From an uncultured Verrucomicrobiae bacterium (GTDB lineage Bacteria; Verrucomicrobiota; Verrucomicrobiia; Chthoniobacterales; UBA10450), in NCBI GenBank assembly GCA_963776615.1, contig CAVZNJ010000019.1, forward strand, positions 55,295 through 119,294: a stretch of 64,000 nucleotides of DNA. The letters are read 5' to 3'. Made by a program: the position numbers and the translations under genes. The notes beneath the pieces are model-generated. The model saw only the letters and a list, made by a program, of their open reading frames with translations, ran no database searches and had not been told where the DNA came from. The number at the start of each line of letters is the position of its first letter. The stretch's first letter is position 1. Of this stretch, positions 31,861-41,528 are shown one piece after another.

Positions 31861-33267
31861 ATGGACAAATTCGACGTTATCATCATCGGCTCCGGCCCGG
31901 GCGGCTACATCGCCGCCATTCGTTCCGCGCAGCTCGGACTCAAAACCGCCATCATCGAGAAAGATCCGGAGCTCGGTGGCACCTGTCTCAACATCGGTTG
32001 CATCCCGAGCAAGGCGCTCCTTGCTTCGAGCGACCATTTCGTCTTCGCGAAAAAGGAAGCCGCCCAGCACGGCATCGTGCTCGACAAAGTCGGACTCGAT
32101 CTCGCGACCATGCTCGCGCGCAAGGACAAGGTCGTGAAAACCCTGACCGGCGGCGTGCGCGCCCTCATGAAGGGCAACAAGATCGCCGTCTTTACCGGAC
32201 TCGGCACCATCACCGAGCCAGGCAGGATGCGCATCCAGCCTAAGGACGGCGGCGTAACCGAGATCGCCGCCGATCACATTGTCATCGCAACCGGCAGCGT
32301 GCCAATCAACCTGCCGAGCATGCCGTTTGACGGCAAAACGGTCGTGAGCAGCACCGACGCGCTTTGTTTCGACAAACCACCGGAGAAATTTCTCGTCATC
32401 GGTGCGGGCGCCATTGGCCTCGAGCTCGGTTCGGTCTGGAATCGTCTCGGCTCCGACGTCACGGTGCTGGAATTTCTCCCGCGGATCGCCCTCGGCTTTG
32501 ACCTCGAAATCTCGAATCTTCTTCAGCGCGCTCTCACCGCTCAGGGGATGAAGTTTCATCTCGAGACCAGGGTCGGTTCCGTCAAAGTCACCAACGGTCG
32601 CGCCGTCGCCACTGCCACCAAAGGTGGCGAAGAACTGAATTTCGAAGCCGACAAAGTCCTCGTTTCCGTCGGTCGTCGCGCTTTCGCCGAAGGCGTCGGT
32701 GCGGATAACATCGGCGTCGCGCGGGACGATCGAGGCCGGATCAGAGTCGACGAAAGATTTCGCACCAATGTCCCCGGCATCTACGCGATCGGCGATGTGA
32801 TCGCCGGCCCGATGCTCGCGCACAAAGCCGAGGAGGAGGGCATCGCCTGCGTCGAATTGATCGCGGGCAAGGCCGGGCACGTGAACTATGAAGTCATCCC
32901 CGGCATCATCTACACCAACCCGGAGCTGGCTGGTGTCGGCCTGACGGAAGACCAGGCCAGGGAAAAAGGCCTCAAAGTGCGCGTTGGCAAATTCCCCTTC
33001 CGCGCGAATGGCCGTGCCCTGGCCAACGCTGATGTCGAGGGCGTGGTCAAGTTCGTCGCCGACGCCCAGACCGATCGCATTCTCGGCGCATCGATTCTTT
33101 CACATGCTGCCTCCGAGTTAATCGCCGAGATTGTCGCGGTGATGGAATTCGGTGGCAGCAGCGAAGATCTTGGCCGCACCGTGCATGCGCATCCCACCTT
33201 GAGCGAAGCGGTCAAGGAAGCGGCGCTCGCGGTCGAAAAGCACGCCATCCATATTAGCAACCGGTAA
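31861..33267 (+). CDS. lpdA: dihydrolipoyl dehydrogenase (E3)
   Basis: MDKFDVIIIGSGPGGY (FAD), GGTCLNIGCIPSK (redox disulfide), VIGAGAIGLELG (NAD), HAHPTLSE. Confidence 0.95.
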   Translation: MDKFDVIIIGSGPGGYIAAIRSAQLGLKTAIIEKDPELGGTCLNIGCIPSKALLASSDHFVFAKKEAAQHGIVLDKVGLDLATMLARKDKVVKTLTGGVRALMKGNKIAVFTGLGTITEPGRMRIQPKDGGVTEIAADHIVIATGSVPINLPSMPFDGKTVVSSTDALCFDKPPEKFLVIGAGAIGLELGSVWNRLGSDVTVLEFLPRIALGFDLEISNLLQRALTAQGMKFHLETRVGSVKVTNGRAVATATKGGEELNFEADKVLVSVGRRAFAEGVGADNIGVARDDRGRIRVDERFRTNVPGIYAIGDVIAGPMLAHKAEEEGIACVELIAGKAGHVNYEVIPGIIYTNPELAGVGLTEDQAREKGLKVRVGKFPFRANGRALANADVEGVVKFVADAQTDRILGASILSHAASELIAEIVAVMEFGGSSEDLGRTVHAHPTLSEAVKEAALAVEKHAIHISNR

Positions 33268-33273
33268 AGAAAT

Positions 33274-33344
33274 GTGGGAGGGACCTCTGTGTCCCGATCA
33301 GTTGGCGCACCGCAATCCCAGCGGGGCACAAAGGCCGCTCCCAC
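33274..33344. terminator. compound GC-rich palindromic element between convergent lpdA and the MidA-like gene
   Basis: Outer stem gtgggag/ctcccac followed by ttt. Inner hairpins are gggac-ctctgt-gtccc and ccgc-aatccca-gcgg. Confidence 0.45.
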
Positions 33345-33345
33345 T

Positions 33346-34489
33346 TTAATTCAGCCCCAGCGCGACACGCGAGTCGCGCGCGAACTTGAATCCGCCTAAC
33401 GAATTGTCCCCGGGGAAGCCTTTGGTCAGCCCGAGAAACTGAAATTTCATCCCGAGAAATTCTGGATGAATCAAGGTCTGTAAGGCACGATTCTTTTTCG
33501 CACCCGCAGCCGCAAGGTCGGGATGACTCGAAAGCAATCCAGTCAGGAAATGATGCTGATCGGTGAATCCGCCAATCGTTAGACCGCACTCTTCCGCGTG
33601 TTCCGCGAGGCTGGTCCATTCGACATGGGTCGTCAGGTCGCATTGCCCAACGTTTTCAAGGAGCGAGGGCAAAACCTGGTGGTTGGCGTAAGATTGCAGC
33701 GTGCCGGTGCGGCGGCTGGACGCGTAGAATTCAGACCGCGGCAACCCGTAGTCCGCGATCAGCACGACGCCTCGTCGCAACTTCGCCGGCGAGCACCTCG
33801 ATCCAGTCGAGCGCCGCCAGGTTGATCTCCGTCTCGTAACCGCCGTCCGGCGCCGGCGGGATCTTCGTCAGGCGCAACCGCAGGTGGGGATCGACAATTG
33901 GACGATCAACAAAAGTAAAACCGCAGGAGGTTTGCTCGACCAGTCGCTCGCGCCAGCGGCGCTCCTCGCCCGTCGCGACGATGAGATGCACCGGCATCGC
34001 GTCGATCAGCTCGTTGGAAAAGTGGACGCCGCAAAACGAGTCCATCGTTTCGAGCGATTCCGCCCATTCCGTTCGCTCCCGGAACGACCGGAGCGCGCCC
34101 TGCTGCTGACGTTCCCGCAAGACCGCAAACGGTTCGACGATCCGATAGCGCACGGTGGCGAAGAACTCGGGATTCTGTTCGCACAGCGCTCCCAGAACAT
34201 CGCTCGCGAACTCCCCGTGATGCGCCCCCTGCTCGACGATCACGAAATCGTCAGGCCGACCGAGCGTTTCCCAGATTTCCGCAAATTGCCCGGCCAGCAA
34301 TCTGCCGAAGAGCGGCCCCACGCTCACGCTCGTAAAGTAATCGCCTCGTCGACCGATCGCGCACCGGCCGGAGCTGTAAAAGCCATGCTCGGGATGATAG
34401 AGCGCCTGCTCCATGAAGCGCGCAAAAGGGATCGGTCCCTCGCGACGGATCAGGTCGCGGATGCTGTCGACGAGCGGTTGGTCGGTCAC
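33346..34489 (-). pseudogene. MidA/NDUFAF7-family SAM-dependent methyltransferase (DUF185), frameshift near 33780
   Basis: ...IRREGPIPFARFMEQALYHPEHGFYSS...GDYFTSVSVGPLFGRLLA...VEQGAHHGEF... The next frame then reads VVLIADYGLPRSEFY...GTLQSYANHQ... The start is tentatively GTG 34489. Confidence 0.75.
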
Positions 34490-34668
34490 GTTGATCGTTG
34501 AAGGCTTGAAGCGTTGAGGAGTCAAAGCGTCGCAACCAATAACCGCGCAGCGCGCCTCCGCTTCAACCCTCCAACGCTCCATCGCTTCATCGCCATTTGG
34601 CTTTTGCCAAAGTTTGCCGCTAAATTGCGCGCGATCTCGATTCCTCGGGTCTTCACCCATCTCGCCGC

Positions 34669-37210
34669 ATGCCTGTCGATTATTACACACCGACCGAGTT
34701 CTCTCGCCAACAACGCGCGTGGTATGCGCGCCCCTGGTTTTATCTCCCGGTCATACTCGTGCTGGTCGTACTCCTCGCCGGCCTGTTGGTTTTCATTCCG
34801 ACGAGCCCTGAGCCTCAAAGAGCAGGCCGCCGGCTTCGATCTCTCGCATCTCGAGCAGATGGAGTCGGCCAGCGTGATCCTCGATCGCACTAACAAGATC
34901 TTTGGCCAGATCTACGTCGAGAATCGCGAGACCGTCCCTTACGACCAACTCCCGCCCAACCTCGTGAACGCGATTATCGCAACCGAGGACAACAAGTTCT
35001 ACCAACACCATGGCTACGACCTGCTCGGAATCATCCGTGCCGCGCTCAAGAACGCAGTCGCAGGTCACGTGCGGCAGGGCGCGAGCACCGTGACGCAGCA
35101 ATTGGCGCGCAACAGTTTCGATCTCAGGGGCAAGACCTTCCGGCGCAAACTGCTCGAGATGTTTGTCGCACGCCGGATCGAGGATCATTTCTCAAAGCAG
35201 CAAATCATGGAGCTTTACCTCAACCGAATCTATTTCGGCGGCGGACTCTATGGTGCGGAAGCGGCCGCGCGCGGCTATTTCGACAAGCCGGCCCGCGAGA
35301 TGACGCTGGCGGAATGCGCTACGCTGGTCGGCCTGATCAAAAGCCCTAACAAACTCTCACCCTGGGCCGATCAGCAGGCTTCACACGAGGCGCGCAACTT
35401 CGTCCTTGGCCGAATGCGTGAGCTTGGTTTCATCGACGACGCGGAATACCGAAGGGCGGAGGCAGAAGAATTGGTCGTCGGCAACCGGCAGAACGCGCGC
35501 GGGCAGAATTACGCGATCGATTACATCCGGCAGCAGGTCATCGCGGCCGTCGGCTGGGACCGGGCGATGAGCGATGGCTTCCGGATCCACACGACAATCG
35601 ATGCCGACCTGCAAAACGTGGCCGAAAAATCGTTGCGCACACAGCTCGACGCGGCCGAACAGACACCCGGTTACAATCACCAAACCTATGCCCAATATGC
35701 CGCGCTTTGGAAAGGAGCGGGCAGCAGCAAGTCGCCTAACGACAAGTCAAAGGCACTCCCTCCACCGGATTATTTGCAGGGCGCAGTCGTTGCGCTCGAT
35801 AACAAGACCGGTGGCATTCTCGCCCTCGTGGGTGGGCGTGACTTCGAGCATAACGAATACAACCGTGCCCTTCAGGCCCGCCGGCCACCCGGCACGGCGA
35901 TGCTTCCTTTTGTTTATGCCGCAGCCTTCGAGAAGGGACTCTTTCCCGGTTCGCTGGTGGAGGATTCCGCGCTCGATAATCGCACGGTCATGATCGGCGG
36001 CACGACGGGTATTCTCGGCGAGTGGGGCCCGGAGGACGCCAACAATCGCTATGAGGGCTCGATCACGGCGCGCGAAGCGCTGGTCAAATCGAAGAACGGC
36101 GTGGCCGTCCGCATTGGCACGACGGCCGGCCTCGATACGGTGACAAACCTCGTGCACGAGGCCGGAGTGGAGAGCAAATTGCGGCCGTATCCCGCGACCT
36201 TTCTCGGCAGCAGCGAGGTCACCCTCGCGGAACTGGCACTCGCCTACACGATTTTCCCTAACGAGGGCTGGCGCCCGCCTCCGCCGCATATTCTCGACCG
36301 CATCGAGGACAAGAACGGCAATATCGTCTGGCAGCCGGAGCGCAGCCGGGCGCGCCAGCCAGTGCTGAAGGCGGAGGTTGCCTACGAGGTGACTTCCTGC
36401 CTGACAGATGCATTGACGGAAGGCACCGGACACCTGGCTTACGATCGCTATGGGTTGAAGAATTTCCCCGCCGCCGGCAAAACTGGAACAGCCTACGATT
36501 TTACCGATGCCATCTTCGCCGGTTACGATTCGCAGCTGACCTGCGTTGTCTGGGCCGGCTTCGACAAGCCGCAAAAAATCTATCGCGGCGCTTTCGGCAG
36601 CGTACTCGCCTTGCCGGTCTGGGTCGACATCATGAATGCCGCGGCCGCCAAATATCCGCCGCAGCAATTTCCCGTGCCGCCGGGTCTGCACAAAGTGGAG
36701 ATCTGCTCGAAGTCCGGCCTGCTCGCGACCAACAAGTGTTATGAAAACGTGCGGAGCGCGAGCGGCAACATCGTGCGGAAACGGACGAGCTACATCGAAT
36801 TTGCCGACGATCAGCAGATGCCGACGGATTACTGCGATGTCCACAGCGATTCGGTGCGGACGCAACTGGTAAAGAAATTCGACAGCAGCGAGTGGCCACG
36901 CGCCGCGCTCGCGATTGATACCACACAGGTCAGGCCCATTGTGATGCAGGGACCGACCCTGCTCGCGAGCGACGATCCATACAACGCCATTGGCTCGACC
37001 TTTAGGCCGAAAACGGTGGCAAAACAGGATACGCCGTCGGAATTCGATCCGGCCAAGCCGGTAAAGCGCGCCGTTCCTGTCGTCCCTGTCCTGGATGGAC
37101 AGGTGCAGGTCCGCCGGGCCGAACCGGTCCGACCAATCGATGAGGCCGGGCAGGAGCCGCTCCTGCAAAACGAACCGCCGGCGCCACTCAATTTCAGTGA
37201 CGACCACTGA
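34669..37210 (+). pseudogene. class A penicillin-binding protein (PBP1A-type transglycosylase/transpeptidase), frameshift at T-run 34790-34793
   Basis: The N-terminal anchor MPVDYYTP...WFYLPVILVLVVLLAGLLVF is in the frame of ORF 34669-34893. The rest is in ORF 34514-37210: ...AIIATEDNKFYQHHGYD...GASTVTQQLARN (GT51)...; ...SKN..., ...KTGT... (transpeptidase). Confidence 0.85.
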
Positions 37211-38223
37211 GCGCGTAGGGGCGGGTGACTTTCGCCTCACCGTCCTCAATCCCGGCGGCCGTGACCCGGAGCAGGATTTCTCGTCAGGCCCAGGCGGGCC
37301 TAACGACAATATTCATCCACCGGTCAACTTTCACGGTTACGCCGCCTGCACCGGCGGCGTTTTTCACCGCGATACACGGGGCGCGCTGGCCGAAGGGCTG
37401 CCCGTGCTCCTGCTTTTGCGTGGCGACTTCAAGGAAACGCAGCGCGCGCTCGGCATGCTCAAGCAACACAGGTTGCAGGTCGCGGTCTCTCTGAAGGAAA
37501 CTGGTCTGCATCAGATCGAGAAGCAGCTCAGCGATCCGCGACGCGCAATGCGCTTCCGCGAGATCGTGCTGGCGGCGGACGGTTGTTTGGCCGCGACGCC
37601 CGAGGCGTTGCCCTTCTATGGGGCGGGTGAGTTTATTTCCACGCCCTACCCGCTGACTGATCCGCGGTGGGATTTTTCCCGTTCGTTAGGCGAACGGCGC
37701 GGAGTTTTTGTTGGCACTCGCGAACGGGATGTGCCGTCGCGCCATCATCTCGTTGCTCTCGTCATGGCGCTCGAGCTGGGCGAACCGGTGACCGTCTTCG
37801 ATCGAGACCCGAACCGCTGTCGCAAGGTTCTGGCCACGTTCGGTCTACCGGTTGATTCGCTCCGCGTGCTCGAGAAACGGTTGCCCTACCCCGATTATCT
37901 GGCCGAGATGACGCGGCACAAGATCGTCCTGCAGGCGGATCGCAGCGCCGTGCCCGGACAAGTCGCGGGCGACGCCCTCCTCTGCCGCATGCCGTGTGTG
38001 GGCGGCGACGGCGCGATTGAGCGTCTCGCTTATCGCTGCAACTTGCGGTCACGGCCGTTCGTTAGGCGAGTTGAAAAATCTGGCTGTGGAATTGCTGCGC
38101 GATCCAGACTTTTATACGACAACCGTGATCGAATCGCAGCGACAAGCGCGGGAAAAATTGAGCTACGAAGCAGTTGCCTCTCAGCTCCAGCAATTCTTCA
38201 AAAGCCTGGCCCACCCCGCCTAA
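37197..38223 (+). pseudogene. conserved hypothetical protein (glycosyltransferase-like C-terminus), frameshift near 38040
   Basis: ...FRLTVLNPGGRDPEQDF...PVNFHGYAACTGG...CRMPCVGGDGAIERLAY. The next frame then reads ...HGRSLGELKNLAVELLRDPDFYTTTVIESQRQAREKLSYEAVASQLQQFF, with stop 38221-38223. The start is tentatively GTG 37197. Confidence 0.45.
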
Positions 38224-39456
38224 CGGGACCGCGCCGGTCCCGGAGGGTTGTCACCCTGAGCCTCGCCCGTAACGCAGCCCGATCTAGTCCCGGTGCCCGA
38301 GCGCTTCGAAGTAGATGTCCTCCAAGGCACGCGTTTGCGCGCTCTGCTCGAATTTCTCCGCGACGGCACGAGCTCCTTCCTGCGCCAGCTGGCTCAGTAT
38401 CTCGAGATCGCTCCGTCCAGCTGAGAAGTGCCTCGGCCAGCGCCGTGGCATCGCGTTCCTTCGTCAGGACGCCGCTTACTCCCGGTTCGATCGCCTCTGG
38501 AATTCCGCCGTGATGGGTCGCGAAAACCGGCAGCCCGCTCGCCATCGCTTCCAGCATCGCGTTGGGAACACCCTCCTGATTTCCGTCCGGACCAAGTTCG
38601 CTCGGGTGCAAAAAAATGTGTGACTGATAGAACTGCTTGCGTAATTCAGTCTGCGAAAGGAAACCGGCGAAGCGCAGTCGATCTTCAATCCCAAGTTCAC
38701 GCGCGCGGGCAGCCAACTGATCTCGCATCGGACCTTCACCCGCGATCGTGAAAACCGCGGCCGGATTCTTTTGCTGAAATTTGGCGAAGGCACGCAGACT
38801 CGTCGCGAAGCCCTTTTTCTCGATCAATCGGCCGGCTTGCAGGAATCGCCACCTGCCGTCGTTAGGCCAGGTTCGCGCCTGGAATGGGATTTCGTCCAGC
38901 GGAATCCCGGCGCGCTGCAGCCGAATCTTTTCGCCAGGGCAACCCAGTTCTTGGACGGCGCGAGCGAGCGATTCGGAACGGACGAGGATGAGTCGCGCTG
39001 CCGCCAGCATCTCGCGCGTCACGGCGCGATAGTGAGGCTTGTCGAGATCGACCAGCACATCTGCGCCATGAAACGACACGACCGTCGGCCGCGGCCAGTG
39101 CCGGATCAGCGGCAGGAGATGAACCGCGATGTGCCCAAAGTAAATGTGCAAGACCTGCGCCTCATTCTCGGAAAGCAGACGCTCGATCTGCGCCACCTCG
39201 CGCCGCGAAATCTGCCAGGGTGCGTCGCGCACCGTTCGAAACCAGAAGCGTCGCAAAAAGTGTGTCCACGGTTTTGCCACGAGGAAGAGCGGGACAAATG
39301 GAAACCGCACTTCTTCTTCGCGCTTCCCCGCAATGACCACCGGGTGCAGGCGCTTGAGCGCGGTGATCTGCCGGTAGATGTGCAACATCTCCGGCTTGAG
39401 AAACGTCGCGCAATAACAGGCAACGACGGGCGGAGAGCGCTCAGGCACGCCTAACG
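37298..39456. repeat. local cluster of six exact copies of the window-wide word CGTTAGGC/GCCTAACG
   Basis: Copies at 37298(-), 37684(+), 38060(+), 38218(-), 38870(+) and 39449(-), where the sign is the orientation of CGTTAGGC relative to the top strand. Confidence 0.95.
38284..39448 (-). pseudogene. family 4 (GT-B) glycosyltransferase, frameshift near 38425
   Basis: ...IFLHPSELGPDGNQEGVPNAMLEAMASGLPVFATHHGGIPEAIEPGVSGVL (EX7E region). The C-terminus is restored in another frame: ...LEILSQLAQEGARAVAEKFEQSAQTRALEDIYFEAL, stop 38284-38286. GTG start at 39448. Confidence 0.8.
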
Positions 39457-39503
39457 TTCAACGCGCGGGCGCGCCGTTCAACTCGCTCGAGCAACGAACT
39501 TCC

Positions 39504-39848
39504 TCAAAAGCTCCAGCCGAAAACGACGATGCCCTTCGCTTTGCCCGGATCCTTCGGGTCATGCATCGCGCGATCCTGACCATCACCGTAACGCGCGGGT
39601 GCAGCCGGATTGATCATTTGCAGTGGATGACCGCTTTTGATGGCGACCTGCACCACGCCGATATTGGGAATTAGCGGCACCGCTGAAGGCGGCCTCGGCT
39701 TGGGAAACTGCGTCTCCAGTTTCCCGGTGGCGGTGGCAGCGGCGGTCGTCGTTGTCGTCGTGGTCGTAGCGGTCAGTTGGCCCTGACCTTGTCCAAAGGC
39801 TACGCCGGTCGCGGTCGCCAGTAGAATACTGAGAAGTATCTTTTTCAT
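39504..39848 (-). CDS. small secreted Thr-rich protein, unknown function
   Basis: Signal peptide MKKILLSILLATATGVAFG, a poly-Thr/Ala stretch, and a C-terminus ...KGIVVFGWSF. Confidence 0.55.
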   Translation of the reverse strand: MKKILLSILLATATGVAFGQGQGQLTATTTTTTTTAAATATGKLETQFPKPRPPSAVPLIPNIGVVQVAIKSGHPLQMINPAAPARYGDGQDRAMHDPKDPGKAKGIVVFGWSF

Positions 39849-39922
39849 AATGTCCTCCCAAGGCTTTGGCCGGCGCGCAATGTCTTGCCCGCAGTCTGAC
39901 CTCGCCGCACTATTATAGATCG

Positions 39923-40894
39923 ATGGACTACGTTGAAAAGGCCGTACGTGTAATTGATTTGGAAATTTCTGAGCTTCAGCGGTTGCGCCAAAGGCTGGGT
40001 AAAAGCTTCATCCGCGCCGTCGAGTTGATCAAAGAAACCGTTGAAGCACGCGGCAAGGTGATCGTCCTCGGCGTCGGGAAATCCGGCCACATCGGCGAAA
40101 AGATTGCCTCCACCCTCACGAGCACCGGGTCGCCAGCTATCGTCCTCGACTCACTGAACGCGCTGCATGGCGACCTCGGGATGGTGGCGGATGGCGATGT
40201 GGTACTCGCGCTTAGCTACAGCGGCGAGACGGAGGAATTGCTCCGCATCCTGCCTGCGATCGCGCGTTTTCAGGTCGGCGTGATCGCGCTTTGCGGTGCG
40301 GCCGATTCGACCCTGGCGCAAAATTGCGATGTCTTCCTCGACGTCAACGTCGAGCAGGAAGCCTGTCCGCTAAACCTTGCGCCGACCTCGAGCACGACCG
40401 TCATGCTCGCGCTGGGCGACGCACTCGCCATGGTATTGCTCGAGGCGCGCGGGTTTCAAAAGGAGGACTTCGCAAAATTTCATCCCGGCGGAATGGTCGG
40501 CCGCAGCCTCCTCCTCCGCGTCCACCAGATCATGCGTTCGCACGGCGCGCTGGCGCTCGTTAGGCCGGAGGCCACCATCCGCACGGTCCTCGAAGCCATG
40601 ACCGCAGTGCGCGCCGGTGCCGCGGTCGTGGCGGGCGACGACGAGCAGCTGCTCGGCATTTTCACCCACGGCGATTTTGTTCGGCATTTCCAAACCGATC
40701 CGCGTATCGGCGAGCGCCTTGTGGCGGATCTGATGACCCTCAATCCGGTCGTCGTGCACCAGGACAAACTCGCGGTCGAAGTTCTGAATCTTCTCGAGCG
40801 CCACCGGATCGATGACCTCGTCGTGGTGGACGATCGCGGTGCGCCAGTCGGCATCGTCGATTCGCAGGACCTAACCAAGCTAAGGTTGCTTTAA
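39923..40894 (+). CDS. kdsD: KpsF/GutQ-family arabinose-5-phosphate isomerase (SIS + 2 CBS)
   Basis: ...GKVIVLGVGKSGHIGEKIASTLTSTGSPA..., ...LALSYSGETEE..., and CBS pairs at the C-terminus. Confidence 0.85.
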   Translation: MDYVEKAVRVIDLEISELQRLRQRLGKSFIRAVELIKETVEARGKVIVLGVGKSGHIGEKIASTLTSTGSPAIVLDSLNALHGDLGMVADGDVVLALSYSGETEELLRILPAIARFQVGVIALCGAADSTLAQNCDVFLDVNVEQEACPLNLAPTSSTTVMLALGDALAMVLLEARGFQKEDFAKFHPGGMVGRSLLLRVHQIMRSHGALALVRPEATIRTVLEAMTAVRAGAAVVAGDDEQLLGIFTHGDFVRHFQTDPRIGERLVADLMTLNPVVVHQDKLAVEVLNLLERHRIDDLVVVDDRGAPVGIVDSQDLTKLRLL

Positions 40895-40967
40895 GAAATC
40901 GGGCGTAGTAAAAGACGACGCTTCAACTATTCTAACGACTCTAAATTTTCACCGGACCTAACATCAC

Positions 40968-41525
40968 ATGGCCGCCGCAAACGATCTCCGCAAAGGAATG
41001 GCAATTAAATACAACGGCAACACTGCCATTGTGCTCGACGTGCATCATCGCACGCCGGGAAATCTGCGCGCCTTTGTCCAGGCGATCATTCGCTACATCA
41101 ACACCGGCAAAAGCGCCGATGTTCGCTTCGGTTCGACCGACAAGGTCGAACTGGTCGACATTTCGCGCACCACGCTCGAGTTCAGCTACAAGGACAACAC
41201 CGGATACCACTTCATGGATCCGCAGACCTACGAGACCATCACCCTTCAGGATAGCCTGCTGGCGGACGCGAAGGACTACCTGGTCGAGAATCTGCCGGTG
41301 GAAGTGCTTTTCACCGAAGGTCGGCCGGTACAGGTGGAATTGCCGTCCTCCGTGCAGCTGAAAATCGTCGAGGCCCCGGAAGGGTTGCGCGGCGATACCG
41401 CCAGCAACGTCACCAAGCCCGCGGTGCTCGAAACGGGCAAGACGGTCAACGTTCCGCTCTTTATCAACGAAGGCGAAACGGTGAAGATCGACACTCGCAC
41501 GGGCGCCTACATGGGCCGCGCCTAA
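40968..41525 (+). CDS. efp: elongation factor P
   Basis: 185 aa, MAAANDLRKGMAIKYNGN...VHHRTPGNLRAFVQ...VETGKTVNVPLFINEGETVKIDTRTGAYMGRA. Confidence 0.95.
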   Translation: MAAANDLRKGMAIKYNGNTAIVLDVHHRTPGNLRAFVQAIIRYINTGKSADVRFGSTDKVELVDISRTTLEFSYKDNTGYHFMDPQTYETITLQDSLLADAKDYLVENLPVEVLFTEGRPVQVELPSSVQLKIVEAPEGLRGDTASNVTKPAVLETGKTVNVPLFINEGETVKIDTRTGAYMGRA

Positions 41526-41528
41526 CGA

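Noticed and set aside
31822-32880. 352-aa ORF on the minus strand
   Set aside because: It is antisense to lpdA. The same holds for 29247-30260 (opposite the ATP-grasp gene), 49985-51004 (opposite GT39) and 54770-55948 (opposite tpiA/pgk).
35747-37309. 520-aa ORF on the minus strand
   Set aside because: It is antisense to the class A PBP gene, has no recognisable motifs and has shadow-ORF composition.
25340-38067. Possible causal link between frameshift sites and the recurrent word (shifts lie 10-30 nt upstream of copies at 25370 and 38060)
   Set aside because: Most shifts (2772, 13105, 17190, 33780, 34790, 38425 and most of accA) have no copy nearby, and most copies lie in intact frames. 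The two adjacencies look coincidental.
38224-38513. 3' continuation of ORF 37095-38513 beyond 38223
   Set aside because: This read-through frame is antisense to the GT4 gene. The protein-like C-terminus of the plus-strand gene is in the frame ending at TAA 38221-38223.
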